Source: Mycobacteriales bacterium
Lineage (GTDB): Bacteria > Actinomycetota > Actinomycetes > Mycobacteriales > QHCE01
Assembly (NCBI GenBank): GCA_038260095.1
Contig: JBBSOC010000003.1
Location: forward strand, 3,518 to 67,517
Reading direction: 5' to 3'
Length of the DNA stretch: 64,000 nt
The position numbers and the translations under genes are program-made. Within the stretch, counting starts at the first letter, position 1. Each line of letters begins with the position of its first letter. The notes beneath the pieces were generated by a model. That model was not told the DNA's origin. It made no database searches and worked only from the letters and a program-made list of their open reading frames with translations. Positions 47,908-57,540 of this stretch are shown piece by piece.

Positions 47908-48370
47908 GTGCGCATAAGCCTCAAGCCATCCGAAGGCGCCTTCCACGGCTTCTTCATGTCAGGCCGCAAACAACCTGGTTAAAGGAGCTGCTGTCCTTAA
48001 CGAGTTCGCCAACGACTCCCCCGATTATGCCCGCATATCGCGGCGTCTGGTGGATATCGAGCACGAGACCGACGATGTCACCCGCGCCATATTGAGCAAG
48101 CCCGCCGATCGGTGGCCTGGTCGGCGCCGCGCTCGCCGCGGCCGCAAGCGTGCACTGGGCAAGCATCACCGAGAAGGTGATCGTCCCGATGATCGCGTCG
48201 CCACTGATCGGTTTCGTGCTGGCGTACTTGCTGATGATCGCAATCCTGTGGATTTTCCGGCACCGCAATCCCGAGAAGCTCTCGAAGGGGTTCCGCTGGG
48301 CGCAGATCGGGCCGCTGCCAGTTATCTCCTGCTGCGACCACTGCTGCTGTGATCACTCTCGCAGTCGATA
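47908..48370 (+). pseudogene. Fused remnant of a DUF47 (Pit accessory) gene and a PitA-type phosphate transporter
   Basis: The DUF47 N-terminus reads VRISLKPSEGAFHGFF, then after a frameshift AANNLVKGAAVLNEFANDSPDYARISRRLVDIEHETDDVTRAILSK. It joins directly to a PitA internal piece (GLVGAALAAAASVHWASITEKVIVPMIASPLIGFVLAYLLMIAILWIFRHRNPEKLSKGFRWAQI), and the sequence is then lost. Confidence 0.6.
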
Positions 48371-48694
48371 AGGCCGGCACACAAGCTTTAGGAGAATCAG
48401 ACAAAACATCTCATACTTATAGCTCGCCAGATATCAGACATGGCGCTATTTTTGGTGCAAAACCTGTGAAGTAGCGCAGTATTTTGTCAGCTCAATGGGC
48501 AAAGGGGCGGCGCGGATGGCAGAGTAGGTATCAGCACCTCACAGAATTGCCAGCAAAAGAATTTCGAGGGAGTGTTACACCCACCACGCCAGGGAACGAT
48601 GTCGTAGTAACAACAGTTGCACAGTATGGGAAGCTAAGCTAGTGCTCATGAGCCTCAGCAAAATGCAGCAACCCACACGTAAGCGACAGGAGGA

Positions 48695-48913
48695 GTGCCG
48701 ATGACCCCGACCCTCACCCCACCCGCCGACAGCATGTTGCTTTCCTCAGGCGACCGCTGTGACAGGTGCGGCGCTGCTGCAAAAGTGCGTGCTGTGCTTC
48801 CAGGCGGAGGGGATTTGGTGTTTTGTGGCCACCACGCCCATGAATACGCCGACAAATTAGAAAAGGTAGCCATTTCCATCAAGTGGTCAGACGACACGCA
48901 AACTTCCACCTAG
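48695..48913 (+). CDS. Small conserved Cys/His protein
   Basis: 72 aa. DRCDRCGAAAKVRAVLPGGGDLVFCGHHAHEY is a pattern I recall from a conserved actinobacterial small protein near sigma-factor genes. Confidence 0.6.
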   Translation: MPMTPTLTPPADSMLLSSGDRCDRCGAAAKVRAVLPGGGDLVFCGHHAHEYADKLEKVAISIKWSDDTQTST

Positions 48914-49051
48914 ACCTATCGACAGCCTTCCAGCTGCTCGAGTACGTGAAGGGCTTTGCCGGTACCGCAAAGCCCTTCACTATGCCCGGTGTACCCGAAA
49001 AACCCTGCGATAGTATGTGCCAACTTGCCGATAAAGGATGCGATGCTCCAG

Positions 49052-49570
49052 TTAAGGCAAAGCGGATGTCTCACCAATTGGTGAGGGAATATCAGCTCCG
49101 GGAATCAAACCTTGAGCTGGCAAGTCGACAACCGCGCGCATGCGTTCATGGCCACGCTCCACGCTTGAGAGTGTGCGCCGAAGTAACTGCTCGATGTTTG
49201 CCAACGCCGTCTCGCATAACTGATTTGTCTCGTCTCGAAGCGCAGCGGTTGCAACCTTGGCTTCCGCCTGTACGCGAGCTGCCTCACGCTTGGCCCCCGA
49301 CACAATCTCGTGCGTGGCAATTAGCTGGGTACGTTCCACCTGCGCGTCAGCCATAATCTGATCGGCCTCCTGCCGGCCCGTAGCGATCACTTCATCGCGA
49401 TGCTGCAAGATGTCACGCGCTGCAGCCAGCTCGCTGGGATAATCTGCTCGCAGCGCAGACAACGCGGCTAGCAATGCTTCTCGGCTAATTACGCAGCTGG
49501 TGGACATGGGAACCGAACGAGCTGACTCCACCATCTCGACCATGCGATCAATATGCGTGAGGGGGTCCAC
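49052..49570 (-). CDS. Coiled-coil protein of unknown function
   Basis: 172 aa, helical, Ala/Glu/Arg-rich. Downstream of coaD on the same strand. Confidence 0.5.
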   Translation of the reverse strand: MDPLTHIDRMVEMVESARSVPMSTSCVISREALLAALSALRADYPSELAAARDILQHRDEVIATGRQEADQIMADAQVERTQLIATHEIVSGAKREAARVQAEAKVATAALRDETNQLCETALANIEQLLRRTLSSVERGHERMRAVVDLPAQGLIPGADIPSPIGETSALP

Positions 49571-49659
49571 AATCTACTCCGTCCTGACAGGGGTATCGAG
49601 TCAACCGCGCCCGGTGGTACTGCATAGATCCGTCGTCGGTCGCAGTGTCGCCAGCCGTG

Positions 49660-50142
49660 CTACGGCGAAGCAGCAAGCCTGGCCAACAGCGCGGCATGAA
49701 CAGTTTCGGGTACGTGAGCAGAAACATCGCCACCGTAGCGGGTGACTTCCTTCACCAAGCTCGACGACAAAAACGAATACAGCGGATTGGTTGCCAAAAA
49801 CACGGTCTCGGTGGAACCGAGTTCGCGATTCATCTGCGCCATCTGCAACTCGTAATCAAAGTCAGTTACTGCCCGTAGCCCCTTGATAATCACCGAGATG
49901 TCATGGGCGCGGCAATAATCCACCAGTAGGCCCCGAAATGAATCCACTCGCACATTCGAATACTGAGTGGTCACCGCGCGCAGTAGCTCCTGTCGCTCAG
50001 CGACGCTGAATAAGCTCTCTTTGCTCTCGTTTACCAGCACGCCAACAACCACCTCATCGTAAAGAACGCTGGCGCGGGCAATAATGTCAAGATGTCCATT
50101 CGTTACTGGGTCGAATGATCCTGGGCAGATTGCTCGCTTCAC
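49660..50142 (-). CDS. coaD: Phosphopantetheine adenylyltransferase
   Basis: 160 aa with CPGSFDPVTNGHLDII and GLRAVTDFDYE. Confidence 0.92.
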   Translation of the reverse strand: MKRAICPGSFDPVTNGHLDIIARASVLYDEVVVGVLVNESKESLFSVAERQELLRAVTTQYSNVRVDSFRGLLVDYCRAHDISVIIKGLRAVTDFDYELQMAQMNRELGSTETVFLATNPLYSFLSSSLVKEVTRYGGDVSAHVPETVHAALLARLAASP

Positions 50143-50720
50143 GATGATTTACCTGCCTGCTCTTTTTGCCCTGCTCGGCCGTACCAGAGCGTAGCTTCGC
50201 CGTACTGGCGGGACCGCAAAGGCTCCCACGATTGTGGCCACCCCCATGCAGCATCCCGGCTAGAGCGTTCAACTACGACCACCGCTTTCTCGGCAAACCA
50301 TCCCTGGTGCTGCAACTGCGCCAGCACACTGGCCAGCGCTTGCGCCGGGAGCTGATATGGCGGATCAGCAAACGTCACATCATAGGCGGCATCCGCTGCA
50401 ACACATGCCAGTCGCTCAACCGCATGTCGGCGCAGCAGCGCGCCAGGAAGTGCAACCGATTCAATGTTGCTCGCGATGGCCGCAACGGCTTTGGGATCTG
50501 ACTCCACTAATAATGCATGGCCAGCGCCTCGAGACAACGCCTCCAAACCCACTGCGCCCGAGCCAGCATACAAATCCAGTATGCGCGCACCCCGTAAATC
50601 CAGCAGCGAGTCCAGCGAAGAGAATAGTGCCTCTCGGGCTCGATCGGACGTGGGACGGGTTGTGCTTTCGGGCACGATCAATCGCCGTCCACCGGCAACC
50701 CCCGCAATGATCCTCGTCAT
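50139..50720 (-). CDS. rsmD: 16S rRNA (guanine966-N2)-methyltransferase
   Basis: 193 aa with MTRIIAGVAGGRRL, LDLYAGSGAVGLEALSRGA and FADPPY. Confidence 0.88.
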   Translation of the reverse strand: MTRIIAGVAGGRRLIVPESTTRPTSDRAREALFSSLDSLLDLRGARILDLYAGSGAVGLEALSRGAGHALLVESDPKAVAAIASNIESVALPGALLRRHAVERLACVAADAAYDVTFADPPYQLPAQALASVLAQLQHQGWFAEKAVVVVERSSRDAAWGWPQSWEPLRSRQYGEATLWYGRAGQKEQAGKSS

Positions 50721-50732
50721 GGAGCTGCTGTT

Positions 50733-51185
50733 CTACAGATCTTTGACCAGCTGTAGTCGGCCGAGTACGCCATTGATGAACCCAGGCGAGTCCTCGGTAG
50801 ACAGCTCCTTGGCCAACGACACCGCCTCATCAATAGCCACCGGATCAGGGACGTCTTCACACCACATCAACTCATACACCCCTAGACGCATGATGTTTCG
50901 GTCCACAGCTGGCATCCGAGACAACTGCCAGCCCTCTGCATAGGTGCTCAGTAATTCGTCAATCCGTGCCCGATGATCGCAGACACCCTCCACTAGCACC
51001 ACGGTATAGTCCGCGATTGGCGGTTCGGCTCGCTGCCGTCGAAACGCTACGACGTCACGTGGATCAACACCTCGAATATCGGATTCGTATAGCACATCTA
51101 GCGCACGTTTACGCGCCTTACCGCGAGCCGAGCTGTGCCGCCAACGCGCGGGAGGCTGCTGGGGTGCGGTCGCGTCATTACTCAT
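50733..51185 (-). CDS. nusB: Transcription antitermination factor NusB
   Basis: 150 aa with ARKRALDVLYESD and VAIDEAVSLAKELS. Confidence 0.9.
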   Translation of the reverse strand: MSNDATAPQQPPARWRHSSARGKARKRALDVLYESDIRGVDPRDVVAFRRQRAEPPIADYTVVLVEGVCDHRARIDELLSTYAEGWQLSRMPAVDRNIMRLGVYELMWCEDVPDPVAIDEAVSLAKELSTEDSPGFINGVLGRLQLVKDL

Positions 51186-51206
51186 ATCAGCAAACCACGC
51201 TCGGCA

Positions 51207-51767
51207 CTAGTTGACTCGGCCAAGATAATGCCCGTCGCGTGTGTCAACCTTGATTCTCTCCCCGGTGCTGACAAACAGCGGCACCTGTACCACCGCGCCC
51301 GTTTCTACGGTCGCCGGTTTTGTGCCGCCGGTGGAGCGGTCACCTTGCAGCCCCGGATCAGTGTGCGAAACAGTGAGCTCCACGCTAGCTGGCAGTTCTA
51401 GATACAGCGGGGTGGATTCATGCACCGCAACCATGGCTTCAGCGTTTTCCAATAAGAAGTTCGCTGCTACGCCCACAGTGGATTCAGGGATAGGGAGCTG
51501 ATCGTAAGTGACGGTATCCATAAACACGAAATCCGTACCGTCTCGGTATAGGTAGCTCATGGTCCGTTTGTCGACGTTGGCGGTCTCCACTTTCACGCCG
51601 GCATTGAAAGTCTTATCCACCACTTTGCCGGTGAGTACATTTTTCAGCGTGGTACGCACGAATGCCCCGCCTTTACCGGGCTTTACGTGCTGAAATTCCA
51701 CCACATTCCACAACGCCCCGTCGAGGTTGAGCGTCATACCGTTTTTCAGTTCGTTAGTCGTCGCCAT
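51207..51767 (-). CDS. efp: Elongation factor P
   Basis: 186 aa with [31 protein letters not shown] and [11 protein letters not shown]. Confidence 0.95.
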   Translation of the reverse strand: MATTNELKNGMTLNLDGALWNVVEFQHVKPGKGGAFVRTTLKNVLTGKVVDKTFNAGVKVETANVDKRTMSYLYRDGTDFVFMDTVTYDQLPIPESTVGVAANFLLENAEAMVAVHESTPLYLELPASVELTVSHTDPGLQGDRSTGGTKPATVETGAVVQVPLFVSTGERIKVDTRDGHYLGRVN

Positions 51768-51812
51768 GATGGCTGAGTCTAGCGACGGGACGCGGCGTGC
51801 CCTGCGTGGGCA

Positions 51813-52070
51813 CTAGCGGCGGTAGATGTGCGCTCGATATCCAATTCGCAGCACGGTGACACGATCATCATCTACCGAGAAAATGACACGGTAGGAACCA
51901 CGACGCGCCGAGCGGCACCCAGCCCACTCGTCACTGAGCGGTTTGCTCAGCCGGAGCGGATTCTCAGTCAACGAGCCAAGCATAAATTCCACGATAGCTA
52001 CAGCAACACGCTCGTGGAGACGACTCAACATCCGTTCAGCAGTAGCTGTCACAACCAGCCGATACTTCAT
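51813..52070 (-). CDS. RelE/ParE-family toxin
   Basis: 85 aa ending RSARRGSYRVIFSVDDDRVTVLRIGYRAHIYR. Overlaps the antitoxin by 4 nt. Confidence 0.8.
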   Translation of the reverse strand: MKYRLVVTATAERMLSRLHERVAVAIVEFMLGSLTENPLRLSKPLSDEWAGCRSARRGSYRVIFSVDDDRVTVLRIGYRAHIYRR

Positions 52071-52348
52071 GAGGATTGGCTACGCAGATACTTCTCAGCT
52101 AGCTGCTCCGCGGTGAAGATCCGGCCTTTGTGCACATCTTCTCTTGCCTGCTCGAGCTCCTCAAGCGCTCCTGGCGTAGCTGTGAGCTCGTAAGTTTCTT
52201 CTAAAGAAGCAAAATCGTCGATCCCAATGAGCATCGCTGCCGGTTTGCCGTGACGAGTTATAACTACACGTTCGTGCACACGTTCAGCTTCACTCACCAG
52301 TTCGCTAAGTCGATTTTTAGCCTCACCTAGAGCTATTTCCATAGCCAA
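52067..52348 (-). CDS. Phd/YefM-family antitoxin
   Basis: 93 aa with LGEAKNRLSELVSEAERVHERVVITRHGKPAAMLIGIDDFASLEET. Confidence 0.8.
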   Translation of the reverse strand: MAMEIALGEAKNRLSELVSEAERVHERVVITRHGKPAAMLIGIDDFASLEETYELTATPGALEELEQAREDVHKGRIFTAEQLAEKYLRSQSS

Positions 52349-52389
52349 AGACTAGTCGCAGTCCACTGGCTCGGCAAGCTCCTACCTAT

Positions 52390-53259
52390 TCAGTTTGTTG
52401 GAAAGGCTTCCGCTTGCTCCAACGCACGCGTTACCAGCTCAGGCAGCACGGTGCCTATCGGTTCGCGCAGCCGCACCGCGGCTAACTCGTCATAGGAGGT
52501 GGCCTCGGCGCTGATAAGCACAAGCTTGGCATCGTGCCGCACGGCCGTTGTGACCAAACTGGACACTGGCTGCACCGTCAGGGAGGTCCCCACAGCCAGA
52601 AATAGGTCGCAATCAGTTGCGGCCTGTTCCGCGGCCGCCAACACAGCAGGATTCAATGGCTGACCGAACGAGATGGTGCCGGCTTTTAAGATACCCCCAC
52701 ACCGAAGGCAGGCCGGATCTTCCTCGCCTGCGGCCACCCGCTCTAACGTGTCGGACATAGCTGTGCGTGCGCCACACGAGACGCATTCCACCTCATACAA
52801 CGAGCCGTGCACCTCGATGACGAGATCTTCGTTGCTGCCAGCCATTTGATGTAGACCGTCAATGTTCTGTGTGATTAACGCCCGCAGTTTCCCCGCGGCC
52901 TCTAACTCCACCAGCGCGTAATGTGCCGAGTTCGGGCGGGCAGTCCATGCGGCATGTTCTCTACGGATCCGCCATGCTTCCCGGCGCACCCATGGGTCAG
53001 TTAGGTAGTCGCGTAGCGTGAACAACCGCTGCGCCGCTGGATCAAGCGTCCATATCCCGTTGGGGCCCCGAAAATCAGGAATGCCACTGTCGGTGCTGAT
53101 ACCGGCGCCCGTCAGCACAGTTACCCGCTGGGCGGCCGCAAGCAACTTCACAGCGTCTTTCAGGGCATCGTTTACGGCATTACCCACGTTATCTTCCACG
53201 CCATTCATCATAGTTTGCGGTGAACCACAGTCGATGCAGTGCATCCTGGTGTGCCGCAC
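52390..53259 (-). CDS. NAD-dependent protein deacylase (Sir2 family)
   Basis: GAGISTDSGIPDFRGPNG, QNIDGLH and Zn-binding CxxC...CxxC. The start is uncertain (alternative ATG at 53211). Confidence 0.88.
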   Translation of the reverse strand: MRHTRMHCIDCGSPQTMMNGVEDNVGNAVNDALKDAVKLLAAAQRVTVLTGAGISTDSGIPDFRGPNGIWTLDPAAQRLFTLRDYLTDPWVRREAWRIRREHAAWTARPNSAHYALVELEAAGKLRALITQNIDGLHQMAGSNEDLVIEVHGSLYEVECVSCGARTAMSDTLERVAAGEEDPACLRCGGILKAGTISFGQPLNPAVLAAAEQAATDCDLFLAVGTSLTVQPVSSLVTTAVRHDAKLVLISAEATSYDELAAVRLREPIGTVLPELVTRALEQAEAFPTN

Positions 53260-53301
53260 AGCAATGTGCGTTGTAGCTCGGGAGTCCTAGGAATGGATTG
53301 T

Positions 53302-53425
53302 CTAGGCGCGGCGAACCAGCCCGGTCTCGTAAGCTAGGACGACAGCCTGGACCCTATCCCGCAACGCAAGTTTAGTGAGGACTCGCCGAGTTACGCAGGG
53401 GGCTACCACAGTGTCTCCTGCCGCT
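53302..53425 (-). pseudogene. Relic of a LuxR-type response regulator 3' end (internally deleted)
   Basis: 53302-53385 equals 54778-54861 apart from 1 nt. It is followed by a segment homologous to 55047-55093. It translates AAGDTVVAPCVTRRVLTKLALRDRVQAVVLAYETGLVRRA*. Confidence 0.7.
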
Positions 53426-53581
53426 AGCCAGGTAATACCCGGGGCTGGGCTCATGCCACCCGACGCTAGCTGACGGCTCAGTGACACGTGACGTCGTCCG
53501 CGGGCGTCCAATGAGGCCTCCTTTCGGGACCGCCAACCCGTTTGTTCACGGCCACGACCGGGGCCTACGCTCGATGGCGGT

Positions 53582-54724
53582 TTGTATCGTTCGCTGGGGA
53601 CGCTGGGAGAACTTGTGCGCGGAATCAGTGTGTTCGTCGGGTTCGTGGCGATCATCGTGGCCGTCGTGCCGGCCACAGTGATCATTCGGGGCGATGGGGA
53701 ACGGCCGAACGACGTCAGCTGGGTACCGGTGATCATCGCCGCGGTCGTCGCCGTTGTCGGGTTCGTCGTGTGCCGCGTGTTGCGTTTTGCGGCGTCGCGT
53801 CGGTTCGTCGACGTCTCGCTGCAGCGAGGGCAGTACCAGCCATATCGGTCGCCTGCCTTCCCCTTCACGCTCGTAGCCTGGGTCTTGATCGTAGTCGCGG
53901 GGTCAACGGCGTTCGCCAGCTTCAATGTCTCCGAGCGGGCCAAGGGGCCCAGCGCCGAGGATCCCTTTCGGAGTCACACGTTCACCGACTGGCTGCCAGC
54001 GCTCGTGATCCTCGCGGGGGTCGTAACGGTCGGGGCGGCCTCCTACTACTCTTGGGACTTCCGACGCCGCCACGAGATCCCGGTGCTCGAAGCCCACGGT
54101 GTGGCGACGTTCGTGGAACCGCCGCGGCAGCTGTCGAAGACCGAGGCGGCGAAGCTGCGCACGTGGATGTGGTTGCGCGGCACGACGATCGAGGGCTTGT
54201 TCCTGGCAGGCGCGCTGCTACCGCGCCTGCTGCCGGGTGCTGACCGGCCCTCCGAGCAGGAAGCCGAGCTCGGCCTGGCCATGCTGGTCGGCGGACCTGG
54301 CGTGATCAGTTTCACGCTGCTGCTGATCATGTTCGTGCTCGCGCCGACCCGCCGCTCCGCGTGGGACGCACTGCGCCAGCGGTCCTCACTGCTGGCCATT
54401 GGAGTCGGCACGGTCGGCGCCATCCTGGATTCGAACGGCCAGGAAATCACCGGCGGCCTGACTACACTCGCCGCCCTCCTGTTTGCCTCGGTGACCTGCC
54501 TGAACATCATGGATCGCGGCGCCCAGCCCTGGCTAGGGCTAGCATTCCTCATGTTCAGTTACCTCCTCGGCTATCTCGCCGCGCCGGACGGCCATCCGTC
54601 GCTGCCCAGCGGGATTGCCGGCTGGGCCGTCGCCGTGCTCGCGCTCGGATACACCACCTACCAAGCACGCAGCCACTGGCGCGCCTGGTATGCCCTCGTA
54701 TCGCCGATCTCTATGCCCAGGTGA
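53582..54724 (+). CDS. Polytopic membrane protein of unknown function in a GC-rich insert
   Basis: 380 aa with roughly 8-10 hydrophobic segments. The TTG start is uncertain. Several other frames across this stretch are also open, as expected for very GC-rich DNA. Confidence 0.55.
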   Translation: MYRSLGTLGELVRGISVFVGFVAIIVAVVPATVIIRGDGERPNDVSWVPVIIAAVVAVVGFVVCRVLRFAASRRFVDVSLQRGQYQPYRSPAFPFTLVAWVLIVVAGSTAFASFNVSERAKGPSAEDPFRSHTFTDWLPALVILAGVVTVGAASYYSWDFRRRHEIPVLEAHGVATFVEPPRQLSKTEAAKLRTWMWLRGTTIEGLFLAGALLPRLLPGADRPSEQEAELGLAMLVGGPGVISFTLLLIMFVLAPTRRSAWDALRQRSSLLAIGVGTVGAILDSNGQEITGGLTTLAALLFASVTCLNIMDRGAQPWLGLAFLMFSYLLGYLAAPDGHPSLPSGIAGWAVAVLALGYTTYQARSHWRAWYALVSPISMPR

Positions 54725-54777
54725 AGCGAGTCAGGCGGAACATCGATGGCTCCGATTGGCTGAGGCCAGCGGGTGAA

Positions 54778-55446
54778 CTAGGCGCGGCGAACCAGCCCGG
54801 TCTCGTAAGCTAGGACGACAGCCTGGACCCTATCCCGCAACGCGAGTTTAGTGAGGACTCGACTTACATGAGTCTTTACGGTGGCTTCAGAAAGCATAAG
54901 GGCCGCAGCTATCTCCGCGTTGGATAAACCTTGCGCGACATGCATCAGCACTTCACGCTCCCGATCTGTGAGCTGGCTAAATATCGAAGCTAATGTGGAA
55001 TTGTGGTCGCGTGAAGACGGTAGCTTGTGGGCGAATTTATTGAGGAGTTCCCGAGTGATGCGAGGGGCAACCACAGCGTCTCCTGCCGCTACGGCTCGAA
55101 CGCTATTGACCAACTCAGCGGGCTCGACGCTCTTGAGAAGAAACCCGCTAGCGCCGGCACGAAGACCAGCAAACGCATATTCATCAAGATCGAATGTCGT
55201 CAAAATGAGTACCTTGGCGCTGCTATCTGCTGCGGCGATGCGTTCTGTAGCAGCGATTCCGTCCATGCCTGGCATTCGGACATCCATCATGATGACGTTC
55301 GGGCGAAGTCGCGCGCATAGCCGGACCGCTTCGGCACCACTGGAAGCTTCACCGACTACGAGAATACCTGTCTGCGCCTCCAGCACCATTCGGAAACCCA
55401 GTCTCAACAATGGCTGATCATCCACTAACAAGACTCGGATAGTCAT
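54778..55446 (-). CDS. NarL/LuxR-family response regulator
   Basis: 222 aa with IRVLLVDDQPLLR, the receiver Asp context VIMMDVRMPGMDG, and a C-terminal LuxR HTH (LTDREREVLMHVAQGLSNAEIA). Confidence 0.9.
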   Translation of the reverse strand: MTIRVLLVDDQPLLRLGFRMVLEAQTGILVVGEASSGAEAVRLCARLRPNVIMMDVRMPGMDGIAATERIAAADSSAKVLILTTFDLDEYAFAGLRAGASGFLLKSVEPAELVNSVRAVAAGDAVVAPRITRELLNKFAHKLPSSRDHNSTLASIFSQLTDREREVLMHVAQGLSNAEIAAALMLSEATVKTHVSRVLTKLALRDRVQAVVLAYETGLVRRA

Positions 55447-56708
55447 TGTGCTTCAGTCTCCGGCTTTAACTCCAGCACTGTGTGGACTCGCCAGCCACGA
55501 TCAGGCAACGGCTCCGCTTGGACATGACCGCCATAAACTGCGGCTCGTTCGCGCATTCCCATGATCCCATGTGGTGTCAGTACCGCCTCAGTGGAGAGCT
55601 CATGCGCTTGATTACGGTACGCACCAATCGGTGTGGTACCTCCATCGTCGGTGATCTGCACATCAATGCCCCCGTCGATATAGCACAATCGCACGCACGC
55701 GCTAGCTCCTGCGCCTGCGTGCTTTCGAGTATTGGTAAGGGCCTCCTGAATCAGGCGGTAGATGGTGAGCTGCGCACCAGCTGGCACGGGAAATGCTTCC
55801 CCGAGCACAACCAGCTGAACGGGGAGCCCGGCGGCGCGAACCTGTTCCAGGAGCGCATCGAGTTGGTCCAATCCCGGCTGCGGTTGGCGTGCACTGTGGA
55901 GGCCATCCTCACGCAGCACTCCAAGAAGCCGCCGCATCTCGGTAATCGCCTGGCGCCCGGTGCTAGCTACCTGCAGCATGGCCCTGCCAGCCTGTTTCGC
56001 CGGCTCCTCCCCTGGAGAGTTTTGCACCGTGAGTGCGGCTCCATCGGCGAGCACTACCATCACTGAGAGACTGTGCGCGACGACGTCATGCATCTCTCGG
56101 GCTATTCGGCTGCGTTCATCGGCGGCCGCAAGTTGGGCCTGTTGATCGCGCTCTCGTTCCAAACGAGCCGCGCGGTCTTCCAATGCGGATAGGTATGCGC
56201 GCCGAGTACGTATGTTGATACCGATCACGGTGGCGGCAGTGATCATGCTCGAAAGCACGATGAACGTCCGAGCACCATGATCCGACGATGCCCATCTCTG
56301 TGAGATGAGCCCCGCCCCGAACTCCGCGATGCAGACAGCAAATAGTGTGTAGCGCCAAGGCCGGAATGCCGCCACAGTATAGAGGGCGATGAGCAACCCA
56401 AAATTTACGACAGATATTTCACCCAGAACCCACTGCGCATAAGCGAAGGTGGCGATTACGCAGAACACTGAGAGCGGGGCTCTGCGGCGTAACGCCAGTG
56501 GGAGCACTAACCCCAATTCCAGTAGCCACCACCACGCCGCTACAACATGCGAACGCCGATGGAAAACTGCTAACAGCAGCAACGCAATCATGGTATCGAT
56601 GACCATCGGATGGCTGGCGATCCGCGCCCGCAGAGCGGCGATGAGTATGCGCCAGGGACGCAGGGCTGAGCCCGGAAGCCCAGAGCCAACTGCAATTACG
56701 TTAGGCAT
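55443..56708 (-). CDS. Sensor histidine kinase (HisKA_3 type)
   Basis: 421 aa with an N-terminal TM bundle, the H-box ERSRIAREMHDVVAHSL, and an ATPase domain. Confidence 0.88.
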   Translation of the reverse strand: MPNVIAVGSGLPGSALRPWRILIAALRARIASHPMVIDTMIALLLLAVFHRRSHVVAAWWWLLELGLVLPLALRRRAPLSVFCVIATFAYAQWVLGEISVVNFGLLIALYTVAAFRPWRYTLFAVCIAEFGAGLISQRWASSDHGARTFIVLSSMITAATVIGINIRTRRAYLSALEDRAARLERERDQQAQLAAADERSRIAREMHDVVAHSLSVMVVLADGAALTVQNSPGEEPAKQAGRAMLQVASTGRQAITEMRRLLGVLREDGLHSARQPQPGLDQLDALLEQVRAAGLPVQLVVLGEAFPVPAGAQLTIYRLIQEALTNTRKHAGAGASACVRLCYIDGGIDVQITDDGGTTPIGAYRNQAHELSTEAVLTPHGIMGMRERAAVYGGHVQAEPLPDRGWRVHTVLELKPETEAQ

Positions 56709-57540
56709 CGCGGCGCTTCATCAATACGGCGGAGGCGGCCAGAACCGTCATCGTATACAGAGCGAAGACCGCCAGACCGGTCCAAGGCGCAAGGTGGAAA
56801 ACATGCGTTTTAACGTCCATGATGGCCTCCCCCGCGCTGGTAGGCAGGTACGGGAGCACGTTCGGTTGCCAAGTTTCGGGCACCGCATAACTGAGCAACG
56901 GTAGTACTAGCACAATCCCAAACAGCGTTGCTATGCCACCAGCGGTGTTGCGAATGAGCGCGCCTAACGCTACACCAAGCAGACCAACGAGGGTTAGATA
57001 CAAAGCTGCCCCAACCACCGCTCGTGCCGCGCCCGGATCGGAGATAGCTGCCTGGATGTGCTGGGAGGACAAGAATGCTTGGCCGCCGAAGAACGCGATA
57101 AAGGAAGCCAAAAGCGTCAAAACCAGAGTGACCGACCCGAATACCGCAGCCTTGGCCCATAACACCGGCAGGCGCGGGGGAACAGCACTGAGGGTGGCCC
57201 GAATCATGCCGGTCGAATATTCGCCACTGATTACCAACACGCCTAGTACACCGATCGCCAGCTGCGCCAAACTAAATCCCGACAAGCTGGCCGTGATCGC
57301 GCTAAAGCCGGCTTTTTCCTGTGGGGCCGTTGTCGCCCAACTCATCGCGGTCGTTAGGCAGGACAACAGCCCAATCGCGGTCATGAACCCAATACCGACA
57401 ATCATAGTAAAGAACGTGGAGCGCAACGAGCGCAGCTTTATCCATTCGGAGTGCAACACACGGCCTTGAGTGACTCTGAGGCCTCTATGTGCAGGGTGGC
57501 CCAGAGCGACTGAGCCTTTGTGGAGAATAGCGCTGGTCAT
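56701..57540 (-). CDS. ABC-2 type transporter permease
   Basis: 279 aa with six hydrophobic segments. Lies between the ABC ATPase and the kinase. Confidence 0.8.
   Translation of the reverse strand: MTSAILHKGSVALGHPAHRGLRVTQGRVLHSEWIKLRSLRSTFFTMIVGIGFMTAIGLLSCLTTAMSWATTAPQEKAGFSAITASLSGFSLAQLAIGVLGVLVISGEYSTGMIRATLSAVPPRLPVLWAKAAVFGSVTLVLTLLASFIAFFGGQAFLSSQHIQAAISDPGAARAVVGAALYLTLVGLLGVALGALIRNTAGGIATLFGIVLVLPLLSYAVPETWQPNVLPYLPTSAGEAIMDVKTHVFHLAPWTGLAVFALYTMTVLAASAVLMKRRDA

Noticed and set aside
53302-53943. 213-aa minus-strand ORF
   Set aside because: It is a chimera. Its last ~40 codons are the response-regulator relic, and the rest is antisense to the membrane-protein ORF and reads as Thr/Arg/Pro-rich nonsense.
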